Shown: positions 1-9,828 of the stretch, piece by piece
Position numbering within the stretch: position 1 is the stretch's first letter
Layout: every line of letters starts with the position of its first letter
From: Thainema sp.
GTDB taxonomy: Bacteria; Cyanobacteriota; Cyanobacteriia; Phormidesmidales; Phormidesmidaceae
DNA: 64,000 nt
Assembly (NCBI GenBank): GCA_052168235.1
Contig: JBQLZK010000005.1
Coordinates: 96,001 to 160,000, forward strand
Direction: 5' to 3'
Notes under the pieces: generated by a model
Databases searched by the model: none
The model's input: the letters and a program-made list of their open reading frames with translations, nothing else
Told to the model about the DNA's origin: nothing
Translations under genes and position numbers: made by a program

Positions 1-770
1 CTCACGCCCAAAAAAATGGAATTGACATTACGGCTCTGGGTGGGTTTTCATCGATTATTTTTGAGAACTTCAATCTCCAGCGGATTCAGCAGGTTCGCAA
101 CGTTAAGCTCGACTTTCGCCGCTTTACGACCGGGAATACCCACACAGCCTACGTGATCTGTCGTCAGGTTGAGCAGGCTGCAGAGCAAGTTGGCATCAAG
201 CTAGCTGAGGCAACAGTGGCTGTTTGTGGTGCAACGGGTGACATTGGCAGCGCCGTTTGCCGTTGGCTAAATGCGCGAACGGATATCGCTGATCTGCTGC
301 TGGTGGCTCGTAATCAAGAGCGGCTACAGCTACTGCAAGATGAGCTGGGGCGCGGCAAGATCCTGCCAATGGAAGAAGCTTTACCGCAAGCCGATATCGT
401 TGTTTGGGTGGCCAGTATGCCGAAGGGCGTTGAGATTGATCCATCGACTCTGAAGCAGCCCTGCTTGATTATTGACGGTGGCTATCCCAAAAATATGGGC
501 AGCAAATTTGACCATCCTCACATTCACGTCCTGAATGGTGGCATCGTCGAGCATTCGCTGGATATCGACTGGCGGATTATGAACATCGTCAATATGGATG
601 TGCCTGCCCGCCAGATGTTTGCCTGCTTTGCCGAATCAATGCTGCTGGAGTTCGAGAAGTGGCATACGAATTTTTCCTGGGGCCGCAATCAAATTTCGCT
701 GGAAAAGATGGATATGATTGGTCAGGTTTCGATTAAGCATGGTTTCCGGCCATTGCTGCTGGGACGTTGA
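1..770 (+). CDS. aar: Long-chain acyl-ACP reductase (alkane biosynthesis), 5'-truncated by the window edge
   Basis: Frame is open from position 3 ([23 protein letters not shown]...[10 protein letters not shown]); [11 protein letters not shown]ossmann motif; ends FACFAE...NFSWGRNQI; directly upstream of accA as is usual in cyanobacteria. Confidence 0.95.
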   Translation, partial: HAQKNGIDITALGGFSSIIFENFNLQRIQQVRNVKLDFRRFTTGNTHTAYVICRQVEQAAEQVGIKLAEATVAVCGATGDIGSAVCRWLNARTDIADLLLVARNQERLQLLQDELGRGKILPMEEALPQADIVVWVASMPKGVEIDPSTLKQPCLIIDGGYPKNMGSKFDHPHIHVLNGGIVEHSLDIDWRIMNIVNMDVPARQMFACFAESMLLEFEKWHTNFSWGRNQISLEKMDMIGQVSIKHGFRPLLLGR

Positions 771-823
771 TAGCTTGAGGTGTTCACCTTTCACCTTTCA
801 GCCTGGTTGGAAGTGTTAGGAAG

Positions 824-860
824 GGTTGATGGTTGATAGTTGGTGGTTAATGGTTGGTGT
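824..860. repeat. Degenerate heptamer tandem repeats (STRR-like, GTTGATG/GTTGATA/GTTGGTG/GTTAATG)
   Basis: About five 7-bp units between aar and accA; the reverse complement of the same unit occurs at ~28615-28642. Confidence 0.6.
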
Positions 861-1002
861 GCGATCGCACTTTCTCCGCACCTTCCTCTCCTGACGTTTT
901 TGCTCATTGTTGCTCATCTGCCGACACTTTTTGATAGGTTAATAACTAGGTTTCTATACCTAATGCTCTTGTTCACCCTCGTTGTGATACACAATCCGCT
1001 TC

Positions 1003-1989
1003 ATGGCTACTTCGACTCGCCGACCCATCCTCTTAGATTTTGAAAAGCCGCTGTCCGAACTGGAAGCGCGGATTAATCAGATCCGTGACTTAGCGGAAGA
1101 GAATGATGTAGATGTGACCGATCAAATTCGGCAGTTAGAGGCCAGAGCTGAACAACTGCGGGAGGAGATCTTTAGCGGTTTGTCGCCCGCTCAGCGGTTA
1201 CAGGTGGCTCGTCATCCCCGGCGACCCAGCACGCTGGATTACATTCAGGCGATTACCGACGAGTGGATCGAGCTGCATGGCGATCGCAGTACGGGCAAGG
1301 ATGACTCGGCCATTGTCACAGGTATTGGACGGCTGAACGGTCGCCCGGTTGTTCTGCTGGGACACCAAAAAGGGCGGGATACCAAAGACAACGTGGCGCG
1401 TAACTTCGGCATGGCCTCCCCCAGTGGCTATCGCAAAGCCATGCGAATTATGAATCACGCCGATCGGTTTGGTATGCCAATCATTGCATTTATCGATACA
1501 CCTGGCGCATTTCCTGGCCCGGAAGCCGAGCGGTTGGGACAGGGCGAGGCAATTGCTTACAACCTACGCGAAATGTTTCGGCTGAATGTACCGATTGTCT
1601 GTACTGTAATTGGTGAAGGCGGTTCCGGCGGTGCGTTAGGCATTGGAATTTGCGATCGCTTATTGATGTTTGAGCATTCGGTATATACCGTTGCTAGTCC
1701 AGAAGCCTGCGCCGCCATTCTCTGGAAAGATGCCGCTAAAGCACCTCGTGCGGCTGAAGCGCTCAAAATCACAGCCAAAGACTTGAAAGAACTGGGCATT
1801 TTAGATCAGCTTCTACCAGAACCGATTGGTGGAGCGCACGCCGATCCGGTGAAAGCAACTGAAACTCTCAAAACCGCTTTGATTGAGAATATCAATGAAC
1901 TGAGCCAGCTAACGAACGAAGAGCGAAAAAATCTGCGCTATCAAAAATTTCGGCAGATTGGTCGATTTACGACCGAACCCGTTGCTTAA
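1003..1989 (+). CDS. accA: Acetyl-CoA carboxylase carboxyltransferase subunit alpha
   Basis: [40 protein letters not shown] motifs. Confidence 0.97.
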   Translation: MATSTRRPILLDFEKPLSELEARINQIRDLAEENDVDVTDQIRQLEARAEQLREEIFSGLSPAQRLQVARHPRRPSTLDYIQAITDEWIELHGDRSTGKDDSAIVTGIGRLNGRPVVLLGHQKGRDTKDNVARNFGMASPSGYRKAMRIMNHADRFGMPIIAFIDTPGAFPGPEAERLGQGEAIAYNLREMFRLNVPIVCTVIGEGGSGGALGIGICDRLLMFEHSVYTVASPEACAAILWKDAAKAPRAAEALKITAKDLKELGILDQLLPEPIGGAHADPVKATETLKTALIENINELSQLTNEERKNLRYQKFRQIGRFTTEPVA

Positions 1990-2008
1990 GTAGTTTGAAT
2001 AATGCAGT

Positions 2009-2065
2009 AAAAGAGTGATGAGAGGCGAAGTGAGCTAAGTTCACTTCGCCTCTCATCACTCTTTT
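2009..2065. terminator. 25-bp perfect inverted repeat after accA (terminator or palindromic element)
   Basis: AAAAGAGTGATGAGAGGCGAAGTGA-gctaagt-TCACTTCGCCTCTCATCACTCTTTT. Confidence 0.75.
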
Positions 2066-2721
2066 GGCTAAATTGCTACAGTCATAGCCATGCAAGATAA
2101 CTGCCAACGAAAATTTAAGCAACCTCTAAGGCTAATGACGAAATTCAATGTAAGCTGAAACCTATGGTAATCCTTTAGGAATCTAGTCGGAAAACCGAAT
2201 TCAGCCAAACGTACCTAAAGAGAAAATCAAGTGCTAAAATGAGAGGCGAAACATAACTTAATACTTGCCGATCAGCAAACAGTAGCAACCTTGAGGCTGA
2301 TCCATTTGGGTTAGCATATTCAACTTGATGAATCAAACATAGAGTTTTCTCAATTTGCCAAACTGCCAGCCTACTGTTATCAACTAGTGGTGAAGCATTT
2401 TAGATTTTAATCCTTGTTTTCTTGCTTCTTGAGCACATCAGAATCGTAGTATCAAATAATTAATTGCTTAGTTAATTACTGCGATACTATCAGCGCTGGC
2501 ACAATCAATTAAGTTGATTAAATTTACCGTTTTGTTTGATTGCTAGTGTTTCTTGATATATCAAGAAACCGCATATTGCTTGAGCTATGTAGGGCAACAT
2601 TAGCTGTTAGTATTGCTCTATTTGAAGCGGGCTCAACTATTTAGTTAATCCCAATGGTTATGACAAGAAGCTAATTTAGTTTGAGTCAAGTAGTGATCAC
2701 AGCCGCACATTCAGTAATTTC

Positions 2722-3447
2722 ATGACTTTATCCAAGACACAGCGTGTCCTTATCACTGGAGCCAGTAGCGGAATTGGCAAAGCGACTGCGATCGCATTTG
2801 CTAAAGCCGGATTCAATGTGGTTCTAGTCAGTCGATCTACCGACAAGCTTGAAGCTGTTGCTAAAGATGTACAAGCGGCAGGGAGAACAGCCCATATCTA
2901 CTCGTTGGATTTAGCCAGCGTTGAGCAAGTCAAACCTCGCATGATGGCAATTGTTGAGGAAAGCGGCGGCATCGACATCTTGGTCAATAATGCTGGCATG
3001 GGCTACACCAACACGATTGACGACACGTCGCTAACAGATTGGCAGCAGATACTTGATCTAAACCTAACCAGCGTTTTTCAGTGTATTCAGGCCGTTCTGC
3101 CCGGCATGCGTGGCCAACAGCGCGGCATGATCATCAATGTTGCTTCGATTGCAGCAAGTAGTGCGTTTCCAGGATGGGGAGCCTACAGCGTTAGCAAAGC
3201 GGGGCTAGTGACCTTATCGAAAATCTTAGCCGCAGAAGAGCGGAGCAACGGCATCCGAGTCGTCACCATCTCTCCTGGCGCTGTGAATACACCGATTTGG
3301 GATACGGATACGGTGCAGGCTGATTTTGATCGGTCTGGTATGTTGACGCCGGAAATCGTAGCCCAGTCCATTCTTCATGCAGCCTCGCTGCCCGAGCAGG
3401 CTGTCATTGAGGATTTAACCGTGATGCCGAGTGCTGGTGCACTCTAA
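2722..3447 (+). CDS. Short-chain dehydrogenase/reductase
   Basis: TGASSGIG, NNAG and YSVSK (YxxxK) motifs; precedes folE. Confidence 0.93.
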   Translation: MTLSKTQRVLITGASSGIGKATAIAFAKAGFNVVLVSRSTDKLEAVAKDVQAAGRTAHIYSLDLASVEQVKPRMMAIVEESGGIDILVNNAGMGYTNTIDDTSLTDWQQILDLNLTSVFQCIQAVLPGMRGQQRGMIINVASIAASSAFPGWGAYSVSKAGLVTLSKILAAEERSNGIRVVTISPGAVNTPIWDTDTVQADFDRSGMLTPEIVAQSILHAASLPEQAVIEDLTVMPSAGAL

Positions 3448-3516
3448 ATCATCGGCTCGTCCAGTTCAGTTTACGTTTACTCATTTGACTTCGGAGAACT
3501 TAGGTTCCAATTTGCT

Positions 3517-4266
3517 ATGACTATCGCTTCTAATTATTCCAATGGTACGACCTCTAATGGTGCAGGTAACAACGGCCCTCGTCTAGAAGAAGAACTGTCC
3601 TCTGCAAAAGAGGCGTTGTTGAATAAATCTGCCGAAACTCGTCCCGATCGCAACACCAGCCACGGGAAAGAGTCTCAGCCGCGTCCGACCACCGAGACGG
3701 CCAACGCAGAGATGATGGATGCCGTTCGCACCATGCTCCTGTCCGTTGGCGAAGATCCAGAACGGGAAGGTCTGCTCAAGACTCCAAAGCGGGTAGCTGA
3801 GGCGATGCGGTTCCTCACCAATGGCTACAACCAGTCACTTGAGGAACTGGTGAATGGAGCCATTTTTGATGAAGGTCACAACGAAATGGTACTGGTGCGG
3901 GACATTGATGCCTTTAGTCTCTGCGAGCACCACATGCTGCCGTTTATGGGTAAAGTGCATGTCGCCTATATTCCGAACCAAAAGGTTGTTGGCTTGAGTA
4001 AGCTGGCCCGAATTGTGGAAATGTATGCTCGCCGCCTGCAGGTGCAAGAGCGTCTAACCCGTCAAATTGCCGAAGCGGTTCAAACTATCCTCGATCCGCA
4101 GGGCGTTGCGGTCGTTATGGAAGCTAGCCACATGTGTATGGTGATGCGCGGTGTCCAGAAGCCTGGCTCATGGACGGTAACTAGCGCCATGCTGGGTGTC
4201 TTCCAAGAGGATCAGAAAACGCGTGATGAATTTCTCAGCTTGATTCGTCACAAGCCCTCGTTCTAA
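3517..4266 (+). CDS. folE: GTP cyclohydrolase I
   Basis: [54 protein letters not shown]. Confidence 0.97.
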   Translation: MTIASNYSNGTTSNGAGNNGPRLEEELSSAKEALLNKSAETRPDRNTSHGKESQPRPTTETANAEMMDAVRTMLLSVGEDPEREGLLKTPKRVAEAMRFLTNGYNQSLEELVNGAIFDEGHNEMVLVRDIDAFSLCEHHMLPFMGKVHVAYIPNQKVVGLSKLARIVEMYARRLQVQERLTRQIAEAVQTILDPQGVAVVMEASHMCMVMRGVQKPGSWTVTSAMLGVFQEDQKTRDEFLSLIRHKPSF

Positions 4267-4337
4267 CGACTCCTGCGTAAATTGCGATGCGGCGTTTCGT
4301 ACTATCTAACGCATGCGATGCAGGACATTTGAGCGAT

Positions 4338-4400
4338 AAACCCCAATAGAGAGAAGGACTAGCTCGTGGCGCGAGCTAGTCCTTCTCTCTATTGGGGTTT
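4338..4400. repeat. 29-bp perfect inverted repeat overlapping the last codons of rnc
   Basis: AAACCCCAATAGAGAGAAGGACTAGCTCG-tggcg-CGAGCTAGTCCTTCTCTCTATTGGGGTTT; the right arm encodes the rnc C-terminus and stop. Confidence 0.9.
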
Positions 4401-5083
4401 TCATCTGCTTGTTCGGTTAGCATTTGTAACGCATTGGCGGCGGCTTGTTTTTCTGCGTCCTGCTTGCGCTTGCCAGTCCCCGTGCCAAAGGGTTGTCCTT
4501 TTACGCTGACAACGGCTGTAAACGTCTTATCGTGGTCTGGGCCAGATTGATGGGCAATGGTATAGACTGGATTCTCGCCAAATTGAGCCAGTGCCCAGGC
4601 TTGAAAGCGACTTTTGACGTTATCAAAGGTAGGGGTCGTGTCAAGCTGTTCTACTGCTGACTGAAAGAGCGGCTGCATATAGGTTTTGATGGCCTGAATA
4701 TTAGATCGAGTATCCAGCAGGTATGCACCAATCATTGCTTCAAATGCACTGCTCAGCAGATTTGAATTGGTTCGTCCACCAGTTTGTTCGGTGCCTTTGC
4801 CCAGACGCAGATAATTACCCAGATCGAGCGCGATCGCAAATTTCGTTAACTGAATCTCATCAACAAGCGCCGCCCGCATAGAGGTCAGCGTACCTTCTGG
4901 ATAGTCTGGATAGCGCTGGTAGAGAAACTCGCCAGCGATGTAGGTCAACACCGCATCCCCTAAGAATTCTAACCGTTCATTATGATCGCCATCGTCTGGA
5001 TATTCATTCACGTAGGAACGATGGGTCATGGCCTGCTGGAATAGGTGGGGAGATTGAAACGGGGGCAGTTGCAGCATGATCAA
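4376..5083 (-). CDS. rnc: Ribonuclease III
   Basis: THRSY...NERLEFLGDAVL signature, FEAMIGAY, C-terminal dsRBD (SGPDHDKTF...GKRKQDAEKQAA); start could be 5077. Confidence 0.93.
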   Translation of the reverse strand: MIMLQLPPFQSPHLFQQAMTHRSYVNEYPDDGDHNERLEFLGDAVLTYIAGEFLYQRYPDYPEGTLTSMRAALVDEIQLTKFAIALDLGNYLRLGKGTEQTGGRTNSNLLSSAFEAMIGAYLLDTRSNIQAIKTYMQPLFQSAVEQLDTTPTFDNVKSRFQAWALAQFGENPVYTIAHQSGPDHDKTFTAVVSVKGQPFGTGTGKRKQDAEKQAAANALQMLTEQADENPNREKD

Positions 5084-5115
5084 GCAACAAAGTTGAGTAC
5101 AGGGGCAAATCGATA

Positions 5116-5158
5116 GTTTGGAAAAACAGGTTGGGGAAAAACTCCTGTTTTTCCAAAC
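5116..5158. terminator. 15-bp inverted repeat between the Mn-exporter gene and rnc
   Basis: GTTTGGAAAAACAGG-13 nt-CCTGTTTTTCCAAAC. Confidence 0.6.
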
Positions 5159-5194
5159 ATAAATTCCAACATAGATTTGTTTGACTACAAGTGG

Positions 5195-5809
5195 CTACAT
5201 AAATTTCGTTAGCGAAACAATGCCAAAGATCATGAACAGGCTGCCGCCCAGGGCTGTGACAGTTCGTTCTGAGATGCGACCCGCAATTAAACGCCCACAT
5301 AAAACTGCGATCGCAGCACAGATGGTGTGGCCCAGAATCGCGCCGATAGTCACACCCAGCGGATGATAGGCCGTTGCCAGCATGACCGGAGCAATTTGAG
5401 TGCGATCGCCCCATTCGGCAACAAAGGTCAGCGTAAACGCCTTGGAAAGGATCTGCATCGCTTGCTTAGGAACGGTCTTCGACTCGGCTGCTTCTACGGT
5501 CTGAATCGCGGCTTCCTGCTCATCGACTGGCGGCTGATCGGTCATTTTACTCGCGTCGTATAGTAATTTTAGACCAAATCCCAGGAACAGTAGCACCTCT
5601 GCCACTCGCACCCATGTCGTCGGTAACTGGGCAACCGCTTGTCCCAACGCCACCGACAGCAGCGTCATCGCCGCCAAGGCTAGCACGACGCCAAGCAGCA
5701 CCCAGCGCCGCGCATGGCGCATGGCTAAAATAGCTGCGATAAAAAACGTTTTATCGCCTAACTCGGAAATGGTGATTAAGGTTAATCCTGCTGTAAATGC
5801 CGCTAACAT
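5195..5809 (-). CDS. TMEM165/GDT1 (UPF0016) family Mn2+/Ca2+ transporter (Mnx-like)
   Basis: Two family motifs, ELGDKTF and EWGDRTQ; about 6 TM helices; ATG at 5809 chosen; Mn riboswitch upstream. Confidence 0.92.
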   Translation of the reverse strand: MLAAFTAGLTLITISELGDKTFFIAAILAMRHARRWVLLGVVLALAAMTLLSVALGQAVAQLPTTWVRVAEVLLFLGFGLKLLYDASKMTDQPPVDEQEAAIQTVEAAESKTVPKQAMQILSKAFTLTFVAEWGDRTQIAPVMLATAYHPLGVTIGAILGHTICAAIAVLCGRLIAGRISERTVTALGGSLFMIFGIVSLTKFM

Positions 5810-5942
5810 CGCCTCAAGCTCCTCTAGGTCGGTGGATGAAGTGACCACTCGATTGTGAGCTTGAAGGAGGACTACGGGAAACTGGCGAACTCCACCAAGC
5901 CCACATCGATACGTGATTTGTGGTCACGATTCAAGTGAACTT

Positions 5943-6090
5943 AGTGAAGGTCTCGCTTTCAAACTAATCGCTGTTCGTTGAGCAATGCTCAACTTAAGCC
6001 GAACGCGATTAACTTGCCACCTAAGCCAGGTTCATCACCAGCATGTTGACCTAGGCGTACTGGCTGAGCCAGCAGCTACTCCCCTTCTAC
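5943..6090 (-). promoter_or_regulatory. yybP-ykoY manganese riboswitch
   Basis: Minus strand reads AAGGGGAGTAGC...GGTCAACA...GCGAGACCTT, the conserved blocks of this riboswitch class, in the leader of a UPF0016 transporter. Confidence 0.88.
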
Positions 6091-6189
6091 ATCCCAAAAT
6101 ATACCAGGTTGTGGGTGGTTAAGTGCGATCGCAACTCCAAATATCGGCAACTCATGAAAAAACGATGTCGGTTTGGTCAAACAACCGTT

Positions 6190-6236
6190 GTAGGGGCGAA
6201 TGGCCATTCGCCCCTATCCTGGCCATTCGTCCCTAC
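6190..6236. repeat. GTAG-type REP palindrome plus partial duplicate
   Basis: GTAGGGGCGAATGGCCATTCGCCCCTA followed by GGCCATTCGTCCCTAC; near-identical copies at 55136, 57251 and 59325. Confidence 0.85.
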
Positions 6237-6258
6237 CCAAAATTTTGGAAATGACAAA

Positions 6259-9200
6259 TCACGTCAGGTCAAACTCATCGAAGGAGACGGTTGGCAAATC
6301 CATTGGCAGAACGTCACGGTTAAAGCTCGCTTTCTGGCTTTGGCGCTGGGTGGCGACTTCAACCGTAACGGCCTCAATTTGCACTTCCAGGCAACCCTTG
6401 GGCACAATTAGTGGTACCACGGTTTCTAGGTAGCCTTGACCATCCGGCTCTAAATCCGCTAGCCAGCGGGGGCCATCTAGAATAATCCGCATTTGGCGAT
6501 CGCTCATCCAAAACTTGATGTAAACCCGCAGTGGATGGGACGGCAAGCGCACCTGCACATCGAGCGCTTCGCCAGCTTTGAGATCGCCTGCTGGAAGCTT
6601 CAACTGGGGCACAGGTAGAGGCGGCAGATTTGACCAGCTATCGATATCGGGTTCGATGGCGTCATTGATCGGGTTGGGATGGGTAGAGTTTGCGATCGCA
6701 GGTGAACCCGACGGGGGCACAACGTCAGCCTCAACATCATCGACAACGATTTCATCGTCATAGATTACGACTTCATTGGCCGTCAGTTCCGCTTCTCGCG
6801 CCAGTTCCTCCGCACTTGGAGATGAATCAAAGTCGGGCAAAAGCGACTCGGCGGGTAACGAAGCGGAATCATTGTCGTTGGGTTGGCCTTCCCTATCAAA
6901 CGACTGAAATTCGCTGAGCGCATCGAAATCAACTCCGTGCGGGCGATAGGCGGTCGAATCCTCGATTTGCTGCATTTGAGCCGCCTGAGCATCAAACGCT
7001 AGAGCCGAGAGCCGAGAGAAGAATCGATCCTGTAGGTTGAGCGACAAAAACGACTGTTCCAGTGGATTCGCAGGCGCGGGTTCAGCGGTTATATCGAGTT
7101 CAAACGTCGGCTCTTCACCCGCTTCATCCATTGCGTCAGCTTGATCCGCAAAATCTAGATCAACTTCGCGAACCGTTACGTCTTCCTCGATCTCTGCATC
7201 ATCGCTCAGGTCATCTGCACGAACTGAATCGATCTCACTCGAGTGATTGACCTGCGGATCGGCTGGTACCTCAAATGGATCAAAACCGATATCAGTCAGT
7301 GACTCATCGCGTGACTCATCTGTTGGCTGCGGTCGATTAGAGCCAGGAACTGCGGATGGAGCAAATTCATTCGCTTGGTCGTCCAGATCCGCTTCAGCCA
7401 ATGATTCGTTATCGGCTAAATCATCTGCGCCGTTATCGACTGAGATCGCATCCTCTCCGTACAGGTTAGCAGTAACCGAATCATCACCATTCGCTGCATC
7501 AACGGAACTCACGACATCCGAAGAAGTCTCCTCTGGATTGGTCGCCACCTGATTCTCAGGCTCATCCCCATTCGCCTGTGCAGTCCCTTGAGCCTGAATC
7601 GGACGCAGAGTCGGGAGTTTGGGCAATAGCGGCTCGAATCGGTTTGAGGAATTAGCGGGAGCAGGTTCAGTTGGCTGGGGGGCTGGCTGCGCTGGAGTCA
7701 ATGCACTGGATTGATCGGTTGATGGCGCACGATTAGCCGAAGCGGCACTGGAACGAATTTGGGGCGGCAGCGACATGCCCAGTTTGGGCTGAAAGAGGGA
7801 GGGCTGGAATGGAATCGCCTGTGGTGGTTGAAACTCGATTTTCGGTTTAGCCGCTGTTTCGCTAGTTGCAGTCTCGCCGCTAGCGGTCTCATCAGCATCT
7901 GCTGTAGCCGATGGCCTCTCTTCATCTGTATTGAGAAATGGTGCCGCCACATCGACAGGTGGCGCGTCAAAATTGAACAGCTCAATCGGGTCAGCCGCTT
8001 CCTCTGCCGCAAACATATCCTGATTGGCGATCGCATCCAGCAGTTCATTCAAATCCGTGGTGATCGAAAACTCCTGAGATGCCGAAACGAGTAGCTGTCC
8101 GCCAACCTCAGCACTGAGGGTCAATTCACCCAGGATGAGATGTGACCGATGGGCAGGCGGTGCGATCGCAACTTGGAAGGTCGCGGGTAAAGGCTGTGCC
8201 GGAACGGTCTGCTGAATCCGATCAATGGTCTGGGCGGTTTGCGGATCAAACAGGCGAATCGTGAGGACGCTTTCGGGCAGCTGGGGCGAGTCGGCCTGAT
8301 CAGCAGATGAATCGGTATTTGGATCGGCAAGTGCGATCGCGCCCGCTAACTGGACGGGCCGACCACCTTTAACAATGTAGGCATCGGTCTGGAGCTGGAG
8401 CTGAACGGGCCGATCAGCTAGCGTTAGCTTACCTGCTGCGTCAGAGGGTAAGGTGCGATCGCGATTCGCCCCCGAATGCTGAGCGACATCCCGCTGCGGA
8501 TCAATGGCGGACTCGACATCTAAAAACGCCTCGTCAACTACATTCTGCGACATCTGCTCGGCCAGGGAACGCCAGTCGGCATGAGTCGGCAGCGGATCAT
8601 GCGGCATCGTAGTTTCAGACGACGGCATGGCTCCATCCCAGTTGTTCGCTGGCGTAACTGTTGCCGAATCAGCCGCAGAATACTCAGCCGGATCGGAGGC
8701 AGAAGCGTCCAAATTGGGCTGCATCTGGGCTAGCTCTGATAATTCAACTTCTAGATCGACATCATCCGCTTCCGCTTCTAACGGAGGCTCTAGCACTACA
8801 TTATCTGCGGCAATTTCTTCTGGCTCATCGACACTAGCTGTCTCCGCATAGGCAGGAACATCAACCTCTTGAGCATCCCGGTCTGACAACGGTAAATCGG
8901 CTAAATCTAAATCGGGTTGGGCATTAGTAGAGAAGGAAGCATCCGGGTCTAAGTCACTGGTAACAGCAGCATTGAGAGCAATTTCATCAACGCTGATATC
9001 TGGATCAGGACGGGACGCATCAACGACTGGGCCTGACCAATCTTCGTCGGTCATCTCCTCATGTGCTACCACTTGCAGCTTGACGGCGTACAGCCAGCGC
9101 TCACCGACAAAATCAGACATTAAGTCATTGGTGCAGCGCAATTCCCACATGCCGGGGCGAAAATGAACAAACGGCACGATAGAAACTAAGCCGGAATTGT

Positions 9201-9408
9201 TGGTATGTCCAGAACGTTTTTTAGTATGCCAGCGGGGCGGCACGTCTTCTGGAGAGGTGTGACGGATTTGAATCTCAACTGGGGTGTCCTTGCGGCTGGA
9301 ACGAGCCACAATCCGATAGCGTCCTTCTAGAATCTCCACATCGGACGATTCCAGCGGGAGCCATGAGCGATCGCCTTTCTTTTGAAGCAAAAATTCCCAG
9401 TATTCCAT
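6259..9408 (-). CDS. Large acidic hypothetical protein (1049 aa); globular-looking N-terminal, middle and C-terminal segments joined by D/E/A/P-rich linkers
   Basis: Long ORF; the N-terminus MEYWEFLLQKKGDRSWLPLE resembles a cyanobacterial hypothetical family I recall. Confidence 0.85.
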   Translation of the reverse strand: MEYWEFLLQKKGDRSWLPLESSDVEILEGRYRIVARSSRKDTPVEIQIRHTSPEDVPPRWHTKKRSGHTNNSGLVSIVPFVHFRPGMWELRCTNDLMSDFVGERWLYAVKLQVVAHEEMTDEDWSGPVVDASRPDPDISVDEIALNAAVTSDLDPDASFSTNAQPDLDLADLPLSDRDAQEVDVPAYAETASVDEPEEIAADNVVLEPPLEAEADDVDLEVELSELAQMQPNLDASASDPAEYSAADSATVTPANNWDGAMPSSETTMPHDPLPTHADWRSLAEQMSQNVVDEAFLDVESAIDPQRDVAQHSGANRDRTLPSDAAGKLTLADRPVQLQLQTDAYIVKGGRPVQLAGAIALADPNTDSSADQADSPQLPESVLTIRLFDPQTAQTIDRIQQTVPAQPLPATFQVAIAPPAHRSHLILGELTLSAEVGGQLLVSASQEFSITTDLNELLDAIANQDMFAAEEAADPIELFNFDAPPVDVAAPFLNTDEERPSATADADETASGETATSETAAKPKIEFQPPQAIPFQPSLFQPKLGMSLPPQIRSSAASANRAPSTDQSSALTPAQPAPQPTEPAPANSSNRFEPLLPKLPTLRPIQAQGTAQANGDEPENQVATNPEETSSDVVSSVDAANGDDSVTANLYGEDAISVDNGADDLADNESLAEADLDDQANEFAPSAVPGSNRPQPTDESRDESLTDIGFDPFEVPADPQVNHSSEIDSVRADDLSDDAEIEEDVTVREVDLDFADQADAMDEAGEEPTFELDITAEPAPANPLEQSFLSLNLQDRFFSRLSALAFDAQAAQMQQIEDSTAYRPHGVDFDALSEFQSFDREGQPNDNDSASLPAESLLPDFDSSPSAEELAREAELTANEVVIYDDEIVVDDVEADVVPPSGSPAIANSTHPNPINDAIEPDIDSWSNLPPLPVPQLKLPAGDLKAGEALDVQVRLPSHPLRVYIKFWMSDRQMRIILDGPRWLADLEPDGQGYLETVVPLIVPKGCLEVQIEAVTVEVATQRQSQKASFNRDVLPMDLPTVSFDEFDLT

Positions 9409-9734
9409 TTCAATCCTCAGAGGATGCGCTGCCGATGCATCTAGTGGTCTGTCAGGTCACTGTTTGGGATTAACGCAGGATTCCCCTCAACAGTCAACCG
9501 CGTGCTGTATTCGTTCGAGACTAGCAACCATAGTGTAAGCGAAGCATCCAATCTTGGATCATGCCAATAAAATTTAAGGTTTCTTTGGTATTACAGTTGC
9601 GATTCGTTTCGACTTCTTTGGGCGCGATTTAAATCGTCCATCCACTGTGGGTGGTTTATACCAATCCCATGGGTCACAGCTACAGAGATCTTGCACTGGA
9701 CGCACAACCAGACATTTTTACAGGAAACGATTTA

Positions 9735-9800
9735 TAGGGATGGGTTTTGGCAATCAACTTTAATTGAGACCCATAAGTGGAATGCTAAACTTGCCCCTAC
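9735..9800. repeat. Degenerate GTAG-REP with long spacer
   Basis: TAGGGATGGGTTT...AAACTTGCCCCTAC; same layout as 39387-39453. Confidence 0.55.
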
Positions 9801-9828
9801 AAGGGTTTATCTGCATCTTCGAATTTCT

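Noticed and set aside
9441..9460. CTAGTGGTCTGTCA resembling the end of the 34068-34159 element
   Set aside because: Single short match without a partner end; may be chance or a remnant
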